From the NCBI GenBank assembly GCA_963666285.1, contig OY762714.1: a stretch of 64,000 nt of DNA; one strand, written 5' to 3'. Positions 1 through 9,580 of this stretch are shown here, piece after piece. A program made the position numbers and the translations under genes. Numbering within the stretch: the first letter of the stretch is position 1; each line of letters opens with the position of its first letter. The notes under the pieces are model-generated. The model saw only the letters and a list, made by a program, of their open reading frames with translations, was not told where the DNA came from and searched no databases. Source of the stretch: Sedimentisphaerales bacterium. Lineage in GTDB: Bacteria; Planctomycetota; Phycisphaerae; Sedimentisphaerales; SM23-30.

Positions 1-152
1 AGTTTATAGTCTGTATCGGACAGTCAATCTCAATATCATGCCGGGCTAAGTGCTTATCATGTGAGAGTAAGACCAGCGAGATGCAATTGTTTAATAACCA
101 TTTTGCCGGGAGGATGGCTACGAGCTTACCTTGTCCGGGGAAGGAGTAAGTA

Positions 153-1037
153 ATGTTTAACTTTGGTAACAAATGGACAGGTAAGCGACGACTTTTTGGA
201 AGATACGGCTTATTTAATGGTTTTGGCGGTGTAACTTTTGCCTGTCATGCCGAACCTGATGATGACGATGAACACTCAACAGGCGGCGGCGGTGGTTCCG
301 GCGATGAGATAGTCAATAAAGACGATCAGCAAGAGCAGGAGAAGCAGCAAACAACGCAGCCCAAAGATGGTCAATGGGACCAGAATCGTCAGCGGAATAA
401 TGAGATCAAGGGCCTTAACCGTAAGATATCTGCTATGCAGGTGGATTATGACAATATTAAGTCCGAGCGAGATCAGGCCCGCAATCAGTTGAATGACCTG
501 ATGAAGACGGTCGGCGGTGACAAGGATAAGTTGACACCGGAGCAGTTGGAAGATTTTAGTTTATTGTCAGATGTGGTTATAAAGAACAATAACCGGCTGA
601 CAGAGATTTCTAATGAGAATAAACAGTTGAAAGATACTGTAACCAAGCAGCAGGATTTAATCAGCAGTTTTGCCAGATACCAGGCAGGGGTGGAAGGTCA
701 GCAGTGGCTGGATACCGCACTTGGCAATCTGGAGCAGACTAATGGTTTCTCACAAAGTTTGAGGAATGATGTAATAGCCCAAATAGATGAGTTTGTAGAG
801 CAGACAGAAGGCTTTATGGACATGCCTATGGAGTCACGCCGCAAGATGATACTTGAGCGTGCCGGTAACGCATACTATGCTCTGGATAAATCTAAATCCG
901 CTAATAGTAAAAAATCATCCAACAGCGACAAAGACCCCGCTATCCTCGATTCAGGTGGTCGCAGTGCCGGTCCGGGAGTTATCCAGGAGGGTACACTCGA
1001 CGAGGTAGCCGAACAGATGCTCACCGGTCATTATTGA
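153..1037 (+). CDS. Putative capsid scaffolding protein
   Basis: RBS GAAGGAG; aromatic N-terminal leader, acidic/Gly linker and long coiled coil; directly upstream of the capsid gene. Confidence 0.65.
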   Translation: MFNFGNKWTGKRRLFGRYGLFNGFGGVTFACHAEPDDDDEHSTGGGGGSGDEIVNKDDQQEQEKQQTTQPKDGQWDQNRQRNNEIKGLNRKISAMQVDYDNIKSERDQARNQLNDLMKTVGGDKDKLTPEQLEDFSLLSDVVIKNNNRLTEISNENKQLKDTVTKQQDLISSFARYQAGVEGQQWLDTALGNLEQTNGFSQSLRNDVIAQIDEFVEQTEGFMDMPMESRRKMILERAGNAYYALDKSKSANSKKSSNSDKDPAILDSGGRSAGPGVIQEGTLDEVAEQMLTGHY

Positions 1038-1118
1038 CCTGGTAGCAGTATGTAAGGGATTCAAGCTCTTTTTACAAGTAGATAATATCTCGTTGATGTA
1101 CCCGGAAAGGGTGACATC

Positions 1119-2294
1119 ATGCAGGGAACCAGTAATTTAGCGATTGCTACTCGCACGATGATGGATAAAAGCTGGAAAAAGGTAGTGAGCTTTAAGAGTC
1201 CGCTATTAACCAGGCTTTTGGAACGCAAGCAGTTTACCGCAGGTACGCAGTTTGAGCAGATCATGCAGATGGATGATTATGCTACTCTGGCACAGGAATA
1301 CGGGCCGAATGACCCTACCACCGGCGGTCGTAAGGATATCATGGCAAAGGCCAAGTGGAATGTCGCATTCATACGAACACCACTGGAAAAGACCATCGAT
1401 GAAGAGATTATGAACGCTCCGAAGGGCGATCATCAGCTTATCAACCTGGCGAAGATCCATTCCAAGCTGGGTTTGAGTGCTACCAAGCAGAAGATTCTGC
1501 ACCGTATCTTCAGTTGTGCCGCCGATGCCGAGATTGATGAAGATCATACCTATGTCCAGGGCATACCGTCTGCATTATTGAGCCGTTATGCCTACGAGAA
1601 CCATCCGAACAAGGATAATATCGTCCTGACCGATGACCTTCTCAAGATGCTGGACTATTACGGCAGGCTCAATCGAACCGAAGATCGTAACCGTATGTGG
1701 CGGTCTGCTGATGATGAGAATATCTTTACTGAATATAATCTCAGTAAAAGTCTTTTCGATGAATGGATTGATTATGTAACCGAGTTCGGTGATGCCAGTA
1801 ATGAGGATTTACTTATCCTTATGGCTCCAAAGCTATGGACCAGAACAAAAAGACTCATCGAGGCGAGCGGTTCTTACGCTCTTAAAGGTACGGTGGAAAA
1901 GCAGGGTTTCGATAGTATGGAATATAACAATGTCGAGATTGCCAAAGATATGCCTCTGGGCAATATGACAAGCAGCGGATATTCCAGTAAGCTTCACAAG
2001 CTGATCCAGATGAAATCTCGCGCCGGTACACCGCAGGGCCTGGCCGGTCCTCTGACCGTACCTGGTACCAACGGTAATAACTATATGTTTATTCTAAATC
2101 TTAATACCTGGAATATCAGATATTGGGAGAATAAGAACGAGCAGATAACAGACGGTGCGTTTGAGGTGCAGGATTTCTTCGACCAGAGCAAAGTAAAGGG
2201 CGGAACCGAACAATGGCTCGCTCATATCAAGTTCAGGGGTAACGTAACTTGTGAAGCACCTTGTTTGAACCTGATGCGCGGTAATGTATATTAG
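1119..2294 (+). CDS. Major capsid protein (HK97-fold, P22-like/podovirus type)
   Basis: 391 aa; position after the scaffold; N-terminal SPLLTRL and C-terminal YMFILNLNTW...GNVTCEAP pattern seen in this capsid group. Confidence 0.7.
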   Translation: MQGTSNLAIATRTMMDKSWKKVVSFKSPLLTRLLERKQFTAGTQFEQIMQMDDYATLAQEYGPNDPTTGGRKDIMAKAKWNVAFIRTPLEKTIDEEIMNAPKGDHQLINLAKIHSKLGLSATKQKILHRIFSCAADAEIDEDHTYVQGIPSALLSRYAYENHPNKDNIVLTDDLLKMLDYYGRLNRTEDRNRMWRSADDENIFTEYNLSKSLFDEWIDYVTEFGDASNEDLLILMAPKLWTRTKRLIEASGSYALKGTVEKQGFDSMEYNNVEIAKDMPLGNMTSSGYSSKLHKLIQMKSRAGTPQGLAGPLTVPGTNGNNYMFILNLNTWNIRYWENKNEQITDGAFEVQDFFDQSKVKGGTEQWLAHIKFRGNVTCEAPCLNLMRGNVY

Positions 2295-2318
2295 AATCAG
2301 TAATAAGTAACAAGTAAT

Positions 2319-2386
2319 AAGATATAAGTTAAGGTATTCGCTTCGCTCATAGCTAATTTAAGCATGGGCGAAGCAAACCTTATCTT
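2319..2386 (+). other. Long imperfect intergenic hairpin downstream of the capsid gene
   Basis: aaggtattcgcttcgctcatagct pairs with agcatgggcgaagcaaacctt; outer aagata/tatctt. Confidence 0.6.
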
Positions 2387-2407
2387 TAGAAATGTGAGGT
2401 TTATCTT

Positions 2408-2968
2408 ATGGATATAGCAAATATAAGACTTCTATTTCAGACCTATACGGCGGCAATATCTCCGGCTGAATTGAGTATAGATCGAAATGGTGAGACCTTC
2501 GCCAGTACTGCCATAACCAATGTAACAGACCCGGCCTATAAACCGGGAACTACTGTTACAGTCTATGATGAACAGGCAGGGGGATACTGCCAGTTCACCT
2601 ACCTGAAATATGATTCCGGTGATATCGCAGATGCTTTGGCTGTTGCAGGGTTGCTCTGCGCCTTGAAAGAGGCAGAAGACTATGTTGTCACTGCTGACGG
2701 TGATAATGTGGGAGCTGGTGCATTTCCAGCGGTGATGCTTGCCGCTATGACCTCCGGCGGTTACGGCTGGTTCTGGACTGGCGGTGTGTGTCCGCTGGGC
2801 CTGGTTAGCGGTCTGAAAGGGCAGACACTTACCCCGGCTGCTACTGTTGCCATTGGCGATAGTATCATGCTGTTAGTAACTGCGAACTCGGTTAAGTTTA
2901 CCAGGGCGGCTTCTGCAACGCCGCTAAAGCCGATTATCGGTTATGTCAAGGCAGCAGAAAATATCTAG
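2408..2968 (+). CDS. Putative capsid decoration/cement protein
   Basis: RBS GAGG; Ala/Gly-rich beta protein with GYGWFWTGG, directly after the capsid gene. Confidence 0.45.
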   Translation: MDIANIRLLFQTYTAAISPAELSIDRNGETFASTAITNVTDPAYKPGTTVTVYDEQAGGYCQFTYLKYDSGDIADALAVAGLLCALKEAEDYVVTADGDNVGAGAFPAVMLAAMTSGGYGWFWTGGVCPLGLVSGLKGQTLTPAATVAIGDSIMLLVTANSVKFTRAASATPLKPIIGYVKAAENI

Positions 2969-3022
2969 CCTGTGGTATTTAATTAAAACCTGTAACCCCT
3001 TATTCAAGGGAGGGATTTCATA

Positions 3023-3712
3023 ATGATTCGTATATTAGAGAAGTTAAAGGGCTTCAAGGAAGCCTTTTTCAAACCAGTAAACGGCCCCTGGGTAATGACC
3101 AGGCAGATACCGTTTCGAGATGAGGATTTCCCGGACGGTTCCAGGCTGGAAACTCATCTGGGGATCGAGATGTGCCAGATGCTTATGGCCCATCCGGTAA
3201 AGGGCGGTAAGTATATCAGCGAGCATATCGATACAGTGCTTGGTGATCGTGGCAGTAAGGTAACTGTTACCAGGCGCAGCAGACCATTATTTAAGTCTGT
3301 TACCGCAGATGATGCCGCCCATGTAAGTGGTTATGACTGGGTAAATGTACCTTTGGGCAGATGTCCGGTCGATGCCAAAATAGGCCGCATTACGATCTAT
3401 CAGACCGCTAAAGACGGTGGAACCGCCATGAAGCTGATACTTGGTAAGGTTGGCGATACGGAAGCATTTATCGCCGCTTCTGATAATATCAGTCTGAACG
3501 GAACCGGAGTTGTAGTTGATGAATACTATGAAGATCTGGTAAATACTGCGGTTGATGTCAATCTCGGCGATTATCTGCTGTTGGGTTCTTCCGGTGGTGT
3601 AACGTCAGACCCATCTGGTCTGCATGTTGAACTGGAACTGATACCTAAAATTGTAGATGAAGATGGTAATTGCGACCAGTCTGTCCAGTTAATGGCTTTT
3701 GGCGTAATTTAA
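3023..3712 (+). CDS. Hypothetical virion protein
   Basis: RBS GGGAGG; located in the structural operon. Confidence 0.5.
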   Translation: MIRILEKLKGFKEAFFKPVNGPWVMTRQIPFRDEDFPDGSRLETHLGIEMCQMLMAHPVKGGKYISEHIDTVLGDRGSKVTVTRRSRPLFKSVTADDAAHVSGYDWVNVPLGRCPVDAKIGRITIYQTAKDGGTAMKLILGKVGDTEAFIAASDNISLNGTGVVVDEYYEDLVNTAVDVNLGDYLLLGSSGGVTSDPSGLHVELELIPKIVDEDGNCDQSVQLMAFGVI

Positions 3713-3727
3713 GGAAGAAGGTGTTTT

Positions 3728-4387
3728 GTGACAACGGCAGGAGAAATTATAGCAGATGTACGGGGACAGGTCGGTCGGGTAAGTGATGTTTCGCTGGCAA
3801 CTGACAGCAGGATATTCAAACTGATTGGTGATTTCCAGCGTGATATTATAGCGAGATATCCGCTGTTGCCTGATTGCTCTGTAACTGATACGGACAGCCT
3901 GGCAACAGTAGCAGACCAGAGCGAATATGAACTTAATCTGACAGCCTATCCGGTAGGTGTGGTTATTACCTTGCGTTATATGGAGCCGAACGGCACTAAA
4001 CGCAAACTATTACGCTATCCGGGCGGGGCGGTCCAGATGGATGAGGATATCCCTTGTATCGCTGATCGGGGCAGCGGTGAGCCGGTCTATTATGCCAGAA
4101 AGAATAATACGCTGATACTTTATCCGCAGCCGGAAAAGAGCGATGTTCCGCTTTATCTCTGGCATACGATTAAACCGGCAGACCCGACTTCGACAAGTGA
4201 TACTATCCTTTTGGATGAGTTTTATCTGGCTCTTGTCTCGGTTATTGTCGGTAATCTGATAGGGTTGGAAGTTGCAGAACAGCCGGAAAAGGCTGTTCTG
4301 GCCAATGGTTTCATATCTGACGGTCTGGCCAAAGCTGACAAGATCGCCGGTCGTTACAAGGCACTTGATGTTGATATAAGCTTCTAG
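3728..4387 (+). CDS. Head-tail adaptor (T7 gp11/P22 gp4-like position)
   Basis: MTTAGEIIADVR start, TVADQSEYEL and GEPVYY...LILYPQP motifs typical of podovirus adaptor proteins. Confidence 0.6.
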   Translation: MTTAGEIIADVRGQVGRVSDVSLATDSRIFKLIGDFQRDIIARYPLLPDCSVTDTDSLATVADQSEYELNLTAYPVGVVITLRYMEPNGTKRKLLRYPGGAVQMDEDIPCIADRGSGEPVYYARKNNTLILYPQPEKSDVPLYLWHTIKPADPTSTSDTILLDEFYLALVSVIVGNLIGLEVAEQPEKAVLANGFISDGLAKADKIAGRYKALDVDISF

Positions 4388-4405
4388 TTTTAAGGAGTTC
4401 TTATC

Positions 4406-4597
4406 ATGGTAGAGATTAATAATAAAACAAATATATCTGTTCCTGTACTGGTGGTACTGGCAGCACTTATGGGGTATTTCTTCAAAGTTACTACCAGTAA
4501 CCAGAAAGCGATAACTGAGAACCAGAAGGCAATTGCGGTAATTGCCGCTCAGTTTCAGATGCACTGTGAACAGGAACCAAAAGACGGAAGGAAATAA
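4406..4597 (+). CDS. Small single-TM membrane protein (holin-like)
   Basis: RBS AAGGAG; 63 aa; TM segment ISVPVLVVLAALMGYFF followed by a short coiled coil. Confidence 0.5.
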   Translation: MVEINNKTNISVPVLVVLAALMGYFFKVTTSNQKAITENQKAIAVIAAQFQMHCEQEPKDGRK

Positions 4598-4601
4598 GAG
4601 T

Positions 4602-5255
4602 ATGAACACGACAAGAGTTGGCGGGATGATGCTGATAATTTACCTGGCGATGGTTCTGATAATAATGTTCGGAAGCGGGTGTGCTTCATATCAGGCAGAG
4701 GATTTTCAGGAGATGGTCAGCCGGACCGAACAGTTGAACCAGACAGTCGAGACTTTACAGGCAACTGTTGTCCCGGCAGTTGAGACTTTGAGTGAGCAGG
4801 GGCTTATCAGCGCTGAGACTGCTGAAAAGACAAAGGATATCTCCGGTGAGATTGATACTGTCCAGGGCCATATCACGCAAGTTACAGAGTCTTTAGCTCA
4901 ACAGGAATTTACTCAAGATGGTACGGCAGGGCTGATAGAAGCGGCAGTTGGTATCAATAACGCTACCAAGCCGTTTAATCCATATTGGCCCATTACCAGC
5001 GGTGTTTTAAGTGTGGTTTCTGTTGTAGCTAGTGCTATCGCCAAGAAAAAGAGTACCGAGGTTGTCAAGGAGAAGCAGGAAAGGGCAGTGGTAGATAAGG
5101 CACTCACCGAAACTGTCAAGGGCCTTGAGACGGCTAAACGAGACTTGAAGGATAATACCGAGGCACTTGACACTATTAAGACCAGCCTGAAACAGTCTCA
5201 GGTTACATCTGAAACCAGGCAGATTGTAACAAAGATTCGTGCAGAAGCAGCTTAA
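4602..5255 (+). CDS. Lipoprotein with a second hydrophobic helix (spanin-like candidate)
   Basis: Start re-assigned to ATG 4602; signal peptide with lipobox FGSG-C; helical region; hydrophobic segment WPITSGVLSVVSVVASAIA followed by KKK. Confidence 0.5.
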   Translation: MNTTRVGGMMLIIYLAMVLIIMFGSGCASYQAEDFQEMVSRTEQLNQTVETLQATVVPAVETLSEQGLISAETAEKTKDISGEIDTVQGHITQVTESLAQQEFTQDGTAGLIEAAVGINNATKPFNPYWPITSGVLSVVSVVASAIAKKKSTEVVKEKQERAVVDKALTETVKGLETAKRDLKDNTEALDTIKTSLKQSQVTSETRQIVTKIRAEAA

Positions 5256-5283
5256 CTTTTGATAGAGTTGAATAACTTATCGT

Positions 5284-5312
5284 CTCGCCGCTAACAGCGG
5301 CGGGGCGGTATT
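5284..5312 (+). terminator. GC-rich hairpin, possible weak terminator
   Basis: ctcgccgct-aac-agcggcggg; poor U tract. Confidence 0.3.
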
Positions 5313-5329
5313 TATCTTAGAGGTGTGTT

Positions 5330-5542
5330 ATGGAAGAACTATATGCAAAGGTTGAGGTATTTCGGGACAGACGCAGGAAATGGCGGGCCAGAATCGTATG
5401 TGATAACGGCCATGTCCTGTATCATACCTCGCAGGGATATACCAATAAAGATGATCTGCTGAATACCTTTAAGTATTTAGCGCCCGGTTTGGAAATCGAA
5501 TTGCCAGACGGATTTGTTACAGAGGAGTTACTAAATGGCTGA
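5330..5542 (+). CDS. DUF1508/YegP-like small protein
   Basis: EVFRDRRRKWRARIVCDNGHVL..SQGYTNK matches the YegP/DUF1508 pattern; RBS GAGG. Confidence 0.7.
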   Translation: MEELYAKVEVFRDRRRKWRARIVCDNGHVLYHTSQGYTNKDDLLNTFKYLAPGLEIELPDGFVTEELLNG

Positions 5543-6038
5543 TGAAAAAACAATTAAGCTTGAGAAGCTGGAACAGCAGAAGCTGACCGCATATAGCCGT
5601 AAGATTGCCGATTGGATTAAGTCAATACAGCTCATCCTGGGCAGTATAACAGTAGAGCAGAAGGAAGTTGTCTCTATGCTGCTTCGTATCGCTGCTGAAA
5701 GTAATTACGGCCCGGCTATGGGAGCTGATGCAGTTGCCGCAGCACAGGCAGAAGGAAATACCATTACCGCTAATGAAAAGGCGATATTGGATGCTATTGA
5801 TGTTCTGACAGTAATTGCCGCAGAACAAGGGGAATTGTTTGGACCTGATGTAAGGCTTGATATACGTAAACCTGTGAACGGCCTGGACGCATTGGAGTTG
5901 TTTAAGATTGGAGCTGCGATACTGGAAATATGGGATATGATCGTGGAAGGGACAGAGGGAGAGCCTTACTCACGCCAGCCAATGAGTGATATTGCACTTT
6001 CCTGTCTGGCAAAGGTACAACTTACAACTGCCAGATAG
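5535..6038 (+). CDS. Hypothetical protein
   Basis: RBS GAGGAG; overlaps the end of the previous gene. Confidence 0.55.
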   Translation: MADEKTIKLEKLEQQKLTAYSRKIADWIKSIQLILGSITVEQKEVVSMLLRIAAESNYGPAMGADAVAAAQAEGNTITANEKAILDAIDVLTVIAAEQGELFGPDVRLDIRKPVNGLDALELFKIGAAILEIWDMIVEGTEGEPYSRQPMSDIALSCLAKVQLTTAR

Positions 6039-6050
6039 GGGTATTATGCT

Positions 6051-7814
6051 ATGAACAATGCACCTAAATTCTATATGTCAGATAGGCCCGAAGCCAGTAA
6101 ATATAATGGCGGCGGCTATATGCCGGGTTATCAGGCCAATATCAATAATTTTCATATTAATGGCGGTCCTCGTGATATCATAGGTAACAATTACAATTAC
6201 GAATATAATGTTGTGCCGCTTGGCGGGACAAGGATAAACATAGACCTCGACTTTAATACCGGAGATTATACCCTCGGTGAAACAGTTGAAATATCGGCTA
6301 CAGACGGCTCCGGCATATATTGGACAGGTGTTGTAGTTGAATTTGAGCCTGTTGACTGGATATTTAAGATTGACCTTATAAGCTCCAATTATGGTGATAG
6401 GTCATTTAGCACCTATTCGGAAGCTACCTATGCTATTACAGGTCATACCAACTACAATACCTATTATTTTGAGAATACCGATGTTGAGGTCATGCCTGAC
6501 TATGTGTATGAGTTCAAGATAACCGGTTCATCCGGCCTTCAGGACAGTTATGATATCGAGGAAGGGATAGGCGTTTGTGTCTCTCTGGACGCTCATTTCT
6601 ATTATGGTTATATCTATGAGATATCTGGAAGTGGTATATATATTAAAATGTATGGCGATGAGCCGCTGGAGTTTGACTTTTACGGCCTTAACGGTATCGA
6701 TTATATAAAGTGCGGTGGTCATTGGGACGGTTCCGAGATACACCATACCTTTTATCCAGACTATAGCCAGATACTTATCGAAGGTCATATCAAGCCATTT
6801 CCGCAGGAATCTAACGGTTCAGTAAACGGTATGGCAGACCACTTGCTTTATATGGCAGTTGACCGTAATGGTGAATATAGTGCTTTTGGTGCTACTATCG
6901 ATAATGAAAATATGTACACTTCCAATTTATTTCATACCAGTACCGGCAATTCAGGTTTCGGTCAGCCTTGTTTTCGTGGTTTGGTATTTAAGGCTACCTT
7001 ATACCAGCAATACTGGTATCCGTTCCAATTCAGGGATGCCCAGGATATCCAGTTTTCAGAGTGTGAATTCGATCTGGGAGCAAACCAGCGAGCTGCTGTT
7101 TATGTAGATTATCTTTCTGATGCTGATGAGTGGTCAGGCCAGGTAAGTTTCCATCGTTGTATATTAAATGGCGGGCAAGGTCTGGTGCGTTGGGATGGCA
7201 CTGGTTCTGTAACATTGCTTGCTAGAGGTGAGTATATTGTTAAGAATTGTATTATACAAAATTGTTCTTCCAATGCTCTAAGCTGGGTAACAGAGTGCCA
7301 TAACAATCTTATCTATAATTGCAGGGGACATGGGATAATTGCCGCACGCCATTGTCATACTAATATAAGTATTACCAATAATACTATTTTTGATTGTGAC
7401 CAGGGGATATGGACTTTACCTGTCGATACTCCGGCAACCGGTCAGGTTGGTCCTGTTGTAATTGCTCGCAATATTGTCTGTAAGGTACTAGGACGTGGTA
7501 TTGGTGTCGGACGTGGTTATGGCCCTGTTATTGTAGAAGATAATATCGTTTGGGATTATAACAGAATAGGTGAGAGTTATGATGCTTATGGCGGTCTTAA
7601 TCAAGGGGATCCAATGGGTGATACTACAGAAGAATCACATCAGAGCTATCCGGTCAACCTGGTGCTTGAAAGTAATAACCGCACAATCAATCCGCTATTA
7701 GATGGTAATTACAGACCACAGGCAAGGGGCGTGTGTGATCTGGGCAACGGTGAATTTATTGGCTGTTATGCCCCGAAAGTAGTTGAATCCCTACGCAGGA
7801 GATTGGATAGATGA
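6051..7814 (+). CDS. Right-handed beta-helix protein (tailspike/depolymerase-like)
   Basis: C-terminal NCIIQNC/NNLIYNC/NNTIFDC/RNIV parallel beta-helix repeats; located in the tail region. Confidence 0.55.
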   Translation: MNNAPKFYMSDRPEASKYNGGGYMPGYQANINNFHINGGPRDIIGNNYNYEYNVVPLGGTRINIDLDFNTGDYTLGETVEISATDGSGIYWTGVVVEFEPVDWIFKIDLISSNYGDRSFSTYSEATYAITGHTNYNTYYFENTDVEVMPDYVYEFKITGSSGLQDSYDIEEGIGVCVSLDAHFYYGYIYEISGSGIYIKMYGDEPLEFDFYGLNGIDYIKCGGHWDGSEIHHTFYPDYSQILIEGHIKPFPQESNGSVNGMADHLLYMAVDRNGEYSAFGATIDNENMYTSNLFHTSTGNSGFGQPCFRGLVFKATLYQQYWYPFQFRDAQDIQFSECEFDLGANQRAAVYVDYLSDADEWSGQVSFHRCILNGGQGLVRWDGTGSVTLLARGEYIVKNCIIQNCSSNALSWVTECHNNLIYNCRGHGIIAARHCHTNISITNNTIFDCDQGIWTLPVDTPATGQVGPVVIARNIVCKVLGRGIGVGRGYGPVIVEDNIVWDYNRIGESYDAYGGLNQGDPMGDTTEESHQSYPVNLVLESNNRTINPLLDGNYRPQARGVCDLGNGEFIGCYAPKVVESLRRRLDR

Positions 7815-9397
7815 CCGCTAAGACTGTCAATATTGCTGGTCTGACAGGTGGTGTCAACTATGGCGTACCGCGCGACCAGTTAGGCTCTAATGAGCTGGCA
7901 GCCGGTCAGAACTGGATTGTTGGGCCTGATGGTGTCCTGACCATGCGTAATGGCTATACTGCTGACACACTCAATGATATTGATATATCAAGTCAATACA
8001 GCCTGATAGGTTCTTCCGGTCGGATAGCGGCTGTTAAGAGCTTGACTGACCATAGAAGCGGCGGTAATACCCGGATATGTGTGGCAGATGGTTCTGATCG
8101 CAGGGTTATCTCTGATACCATTGTCGGGCTGGACTATCGCAATTACTTTCTATATCAGTATGGACAGTATGACCGTATTATCTCATCTAACAGCGACTAT
8201 ATCCAGTATTGCCAGGTTGAAGCCGGTAACGTATTAACAACTCCGCAATCCCTGGGCGGTGCTTTGGGATATAATTTCTGCTATTATGAATCTAACAGCG
8301 ATTACCCATATTCGCTGGAAGAAGGTGTTTTTGATGAAGATCATTATACTGCTGCTCTGGCTTCTGACCGCAACCGACATAGCTGCCGTTGTATGTGTAT
8401 CTTCGATGGCAGGGTATTTCTGGGTGGTACTTATGAAATGGTTTCTGATGGGGTATGGTTGTTTCTGCCGTATCGTCTGAGATGGTCAAAGAGAAGGGAT
8501 TTCAATAGTCCTGGTAGCTGGAATGATGCTGATACTAACAGTTCTGCCGGTTATGACCATACTATAGCAGATGAGAGTGTTATTCTTAATATGGCGGTAT
8601 TGGGTGATGTTCTGTATGTCTATTGTGATAATGCAATCAGGGCCGGATATACTACCCAATCTGTTACTTCGCCGATACGGTTTGTGGATGTTAATGGTAG
8701 AGGTTTATATGCCGCTAATGCAATAGCAGTAACAGAAACCGGTCATTATTATCTGGGTTGTGATGGTCGGGTATATGTTAATGCCGGTGGGGTAGAGCCT
8801 GAATGGATAGGTCAGAAGATAGAGTCCAAACTATATGAGAGCATAAACATCCCATATAAAGAGCGTATCTTTGCCGGTGAATTGCGTGATATCAGTGCCA
8901 TATACTTTGCTGTTCCAACCGGCTCAGACCAGTATCCCAGGACTATGTATGTATATTTCTACCGGACAGGTGTATGGCAGGTCTGGCAGATGGCCCATTA
9001 TTTATGCTGTAGTGATAAGCAGGGGTATCAGTTTGGCAGTCAGAATCTGCTATTAACCTTCGAAAGAAGCTGTTATCAAGATATAGGTGAGTATATTCAA
9101 CCGTATGCGATTACCGGCGATTATATCCTTGATATCTCAACCCAGACCCGCAGTAAGCAGTTATATGTCGAGGCCAAAGCTGCAAGCAGCGGCGGTCAGT
9201 TACAGTTTGGCTATTCTGCCGATGGTGCTGACAGTCCGGGTGATTTTAATATTATTGGTACTGTTAATGTTGATGACTCCTGGCAGCGGTATAAGTTTAC
9301 TTATGATACCGGACAGGTCTATAAGCTTCGTTTTATGTTTCGGGTATTGGGCGGTGTTCCGGTTAAATTAGGCCGGATATATACAGAGTTTACATAA
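7811..9397 (+). CDS. Tail nozzle/stabilisation protein (P22 gp10/T7 gp12-like)
   Basis: GGVNY..P..L..NE..GQNW..G.L..R.G N-terminus, beta-propeller-like body, RLRWS motif; ATGA overlap with the previous gene. Confidence 0.65.
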   Translation: MTAKTVNIAGLTGGVNYGVPRDQLGSNELAAGQNWIVGPDGVLTMRNGYTADTLNDIDISSQYSLIGSSGRIAAVKSLTDHRSGGNTRICVADGSDRRVISDTIVGLDYRNYFLYQYGQYDRIISSNSDYIQYCQVEAGNVLTTPQSLGGALGYNFCYYESNSDYPYSLEEGVFDEDHYTAALASDRNRHSCRCMCIFDGRVFLGGTYEMVSDGVWLFLPYRLRWSKRRDFNSPGSWNDADTNSSAGYDHTIADESVILNMAVLGDVLYVYCDNAIRAGYTTQSVTSPIRFVDVNGRGLYAANAIAVTETGHYYLGCDGRVYVNAGGVEPEWIGQKIESKLYESINIPYKERIFAGELRDISAIYFAVPTGSDQYPRTMYVYFYRTGVWQVWQMAHYLCCSDKQGYQFGSQNLLLTFERSCYQDIGEYIQPYAITGDYILDISTQTRSKQLYVEAKAASSGGQLQFGYSADGADSPGDFNIIGTVNVDDSWQRYKFTYDTGQVYKLRFMFRVLGGVPVKLGRIYTEFT

Positions 9398-9580
9398 ATG
9401 GTAAAGACTGAGTATCCATGTAAACATTGTGGCAAGTATGGCTGGTGGTCCAGAAAAGACCGGATAACCGGCCTGGAATATTACGAGTGTAAAGAATGTA
9501 TTAGCAAACGTGAGGATCCTATAGTTGGTCGCTATAACCGAACAATTCAATATACACGAAGAACTCGAAAATCTCGATGA
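9398..9580 (+). CDS. Small zinc-ribbon protein
   Basis: CKHC...CKEC; starts right after the nozzle stop codon and overlaps the start of TerL. Confidence 0.4.
   Translation: MVKTEYPCKHCGKYGWWSRKDRITGLEYYECKECISKREDPIVGRYNRTIQYTRRTRKSR

Noticed and set aside
2299..2320. AGTAA(T/C)A heptamer repeated three times
   Set aside because: Too short and low in complexity to assign a function
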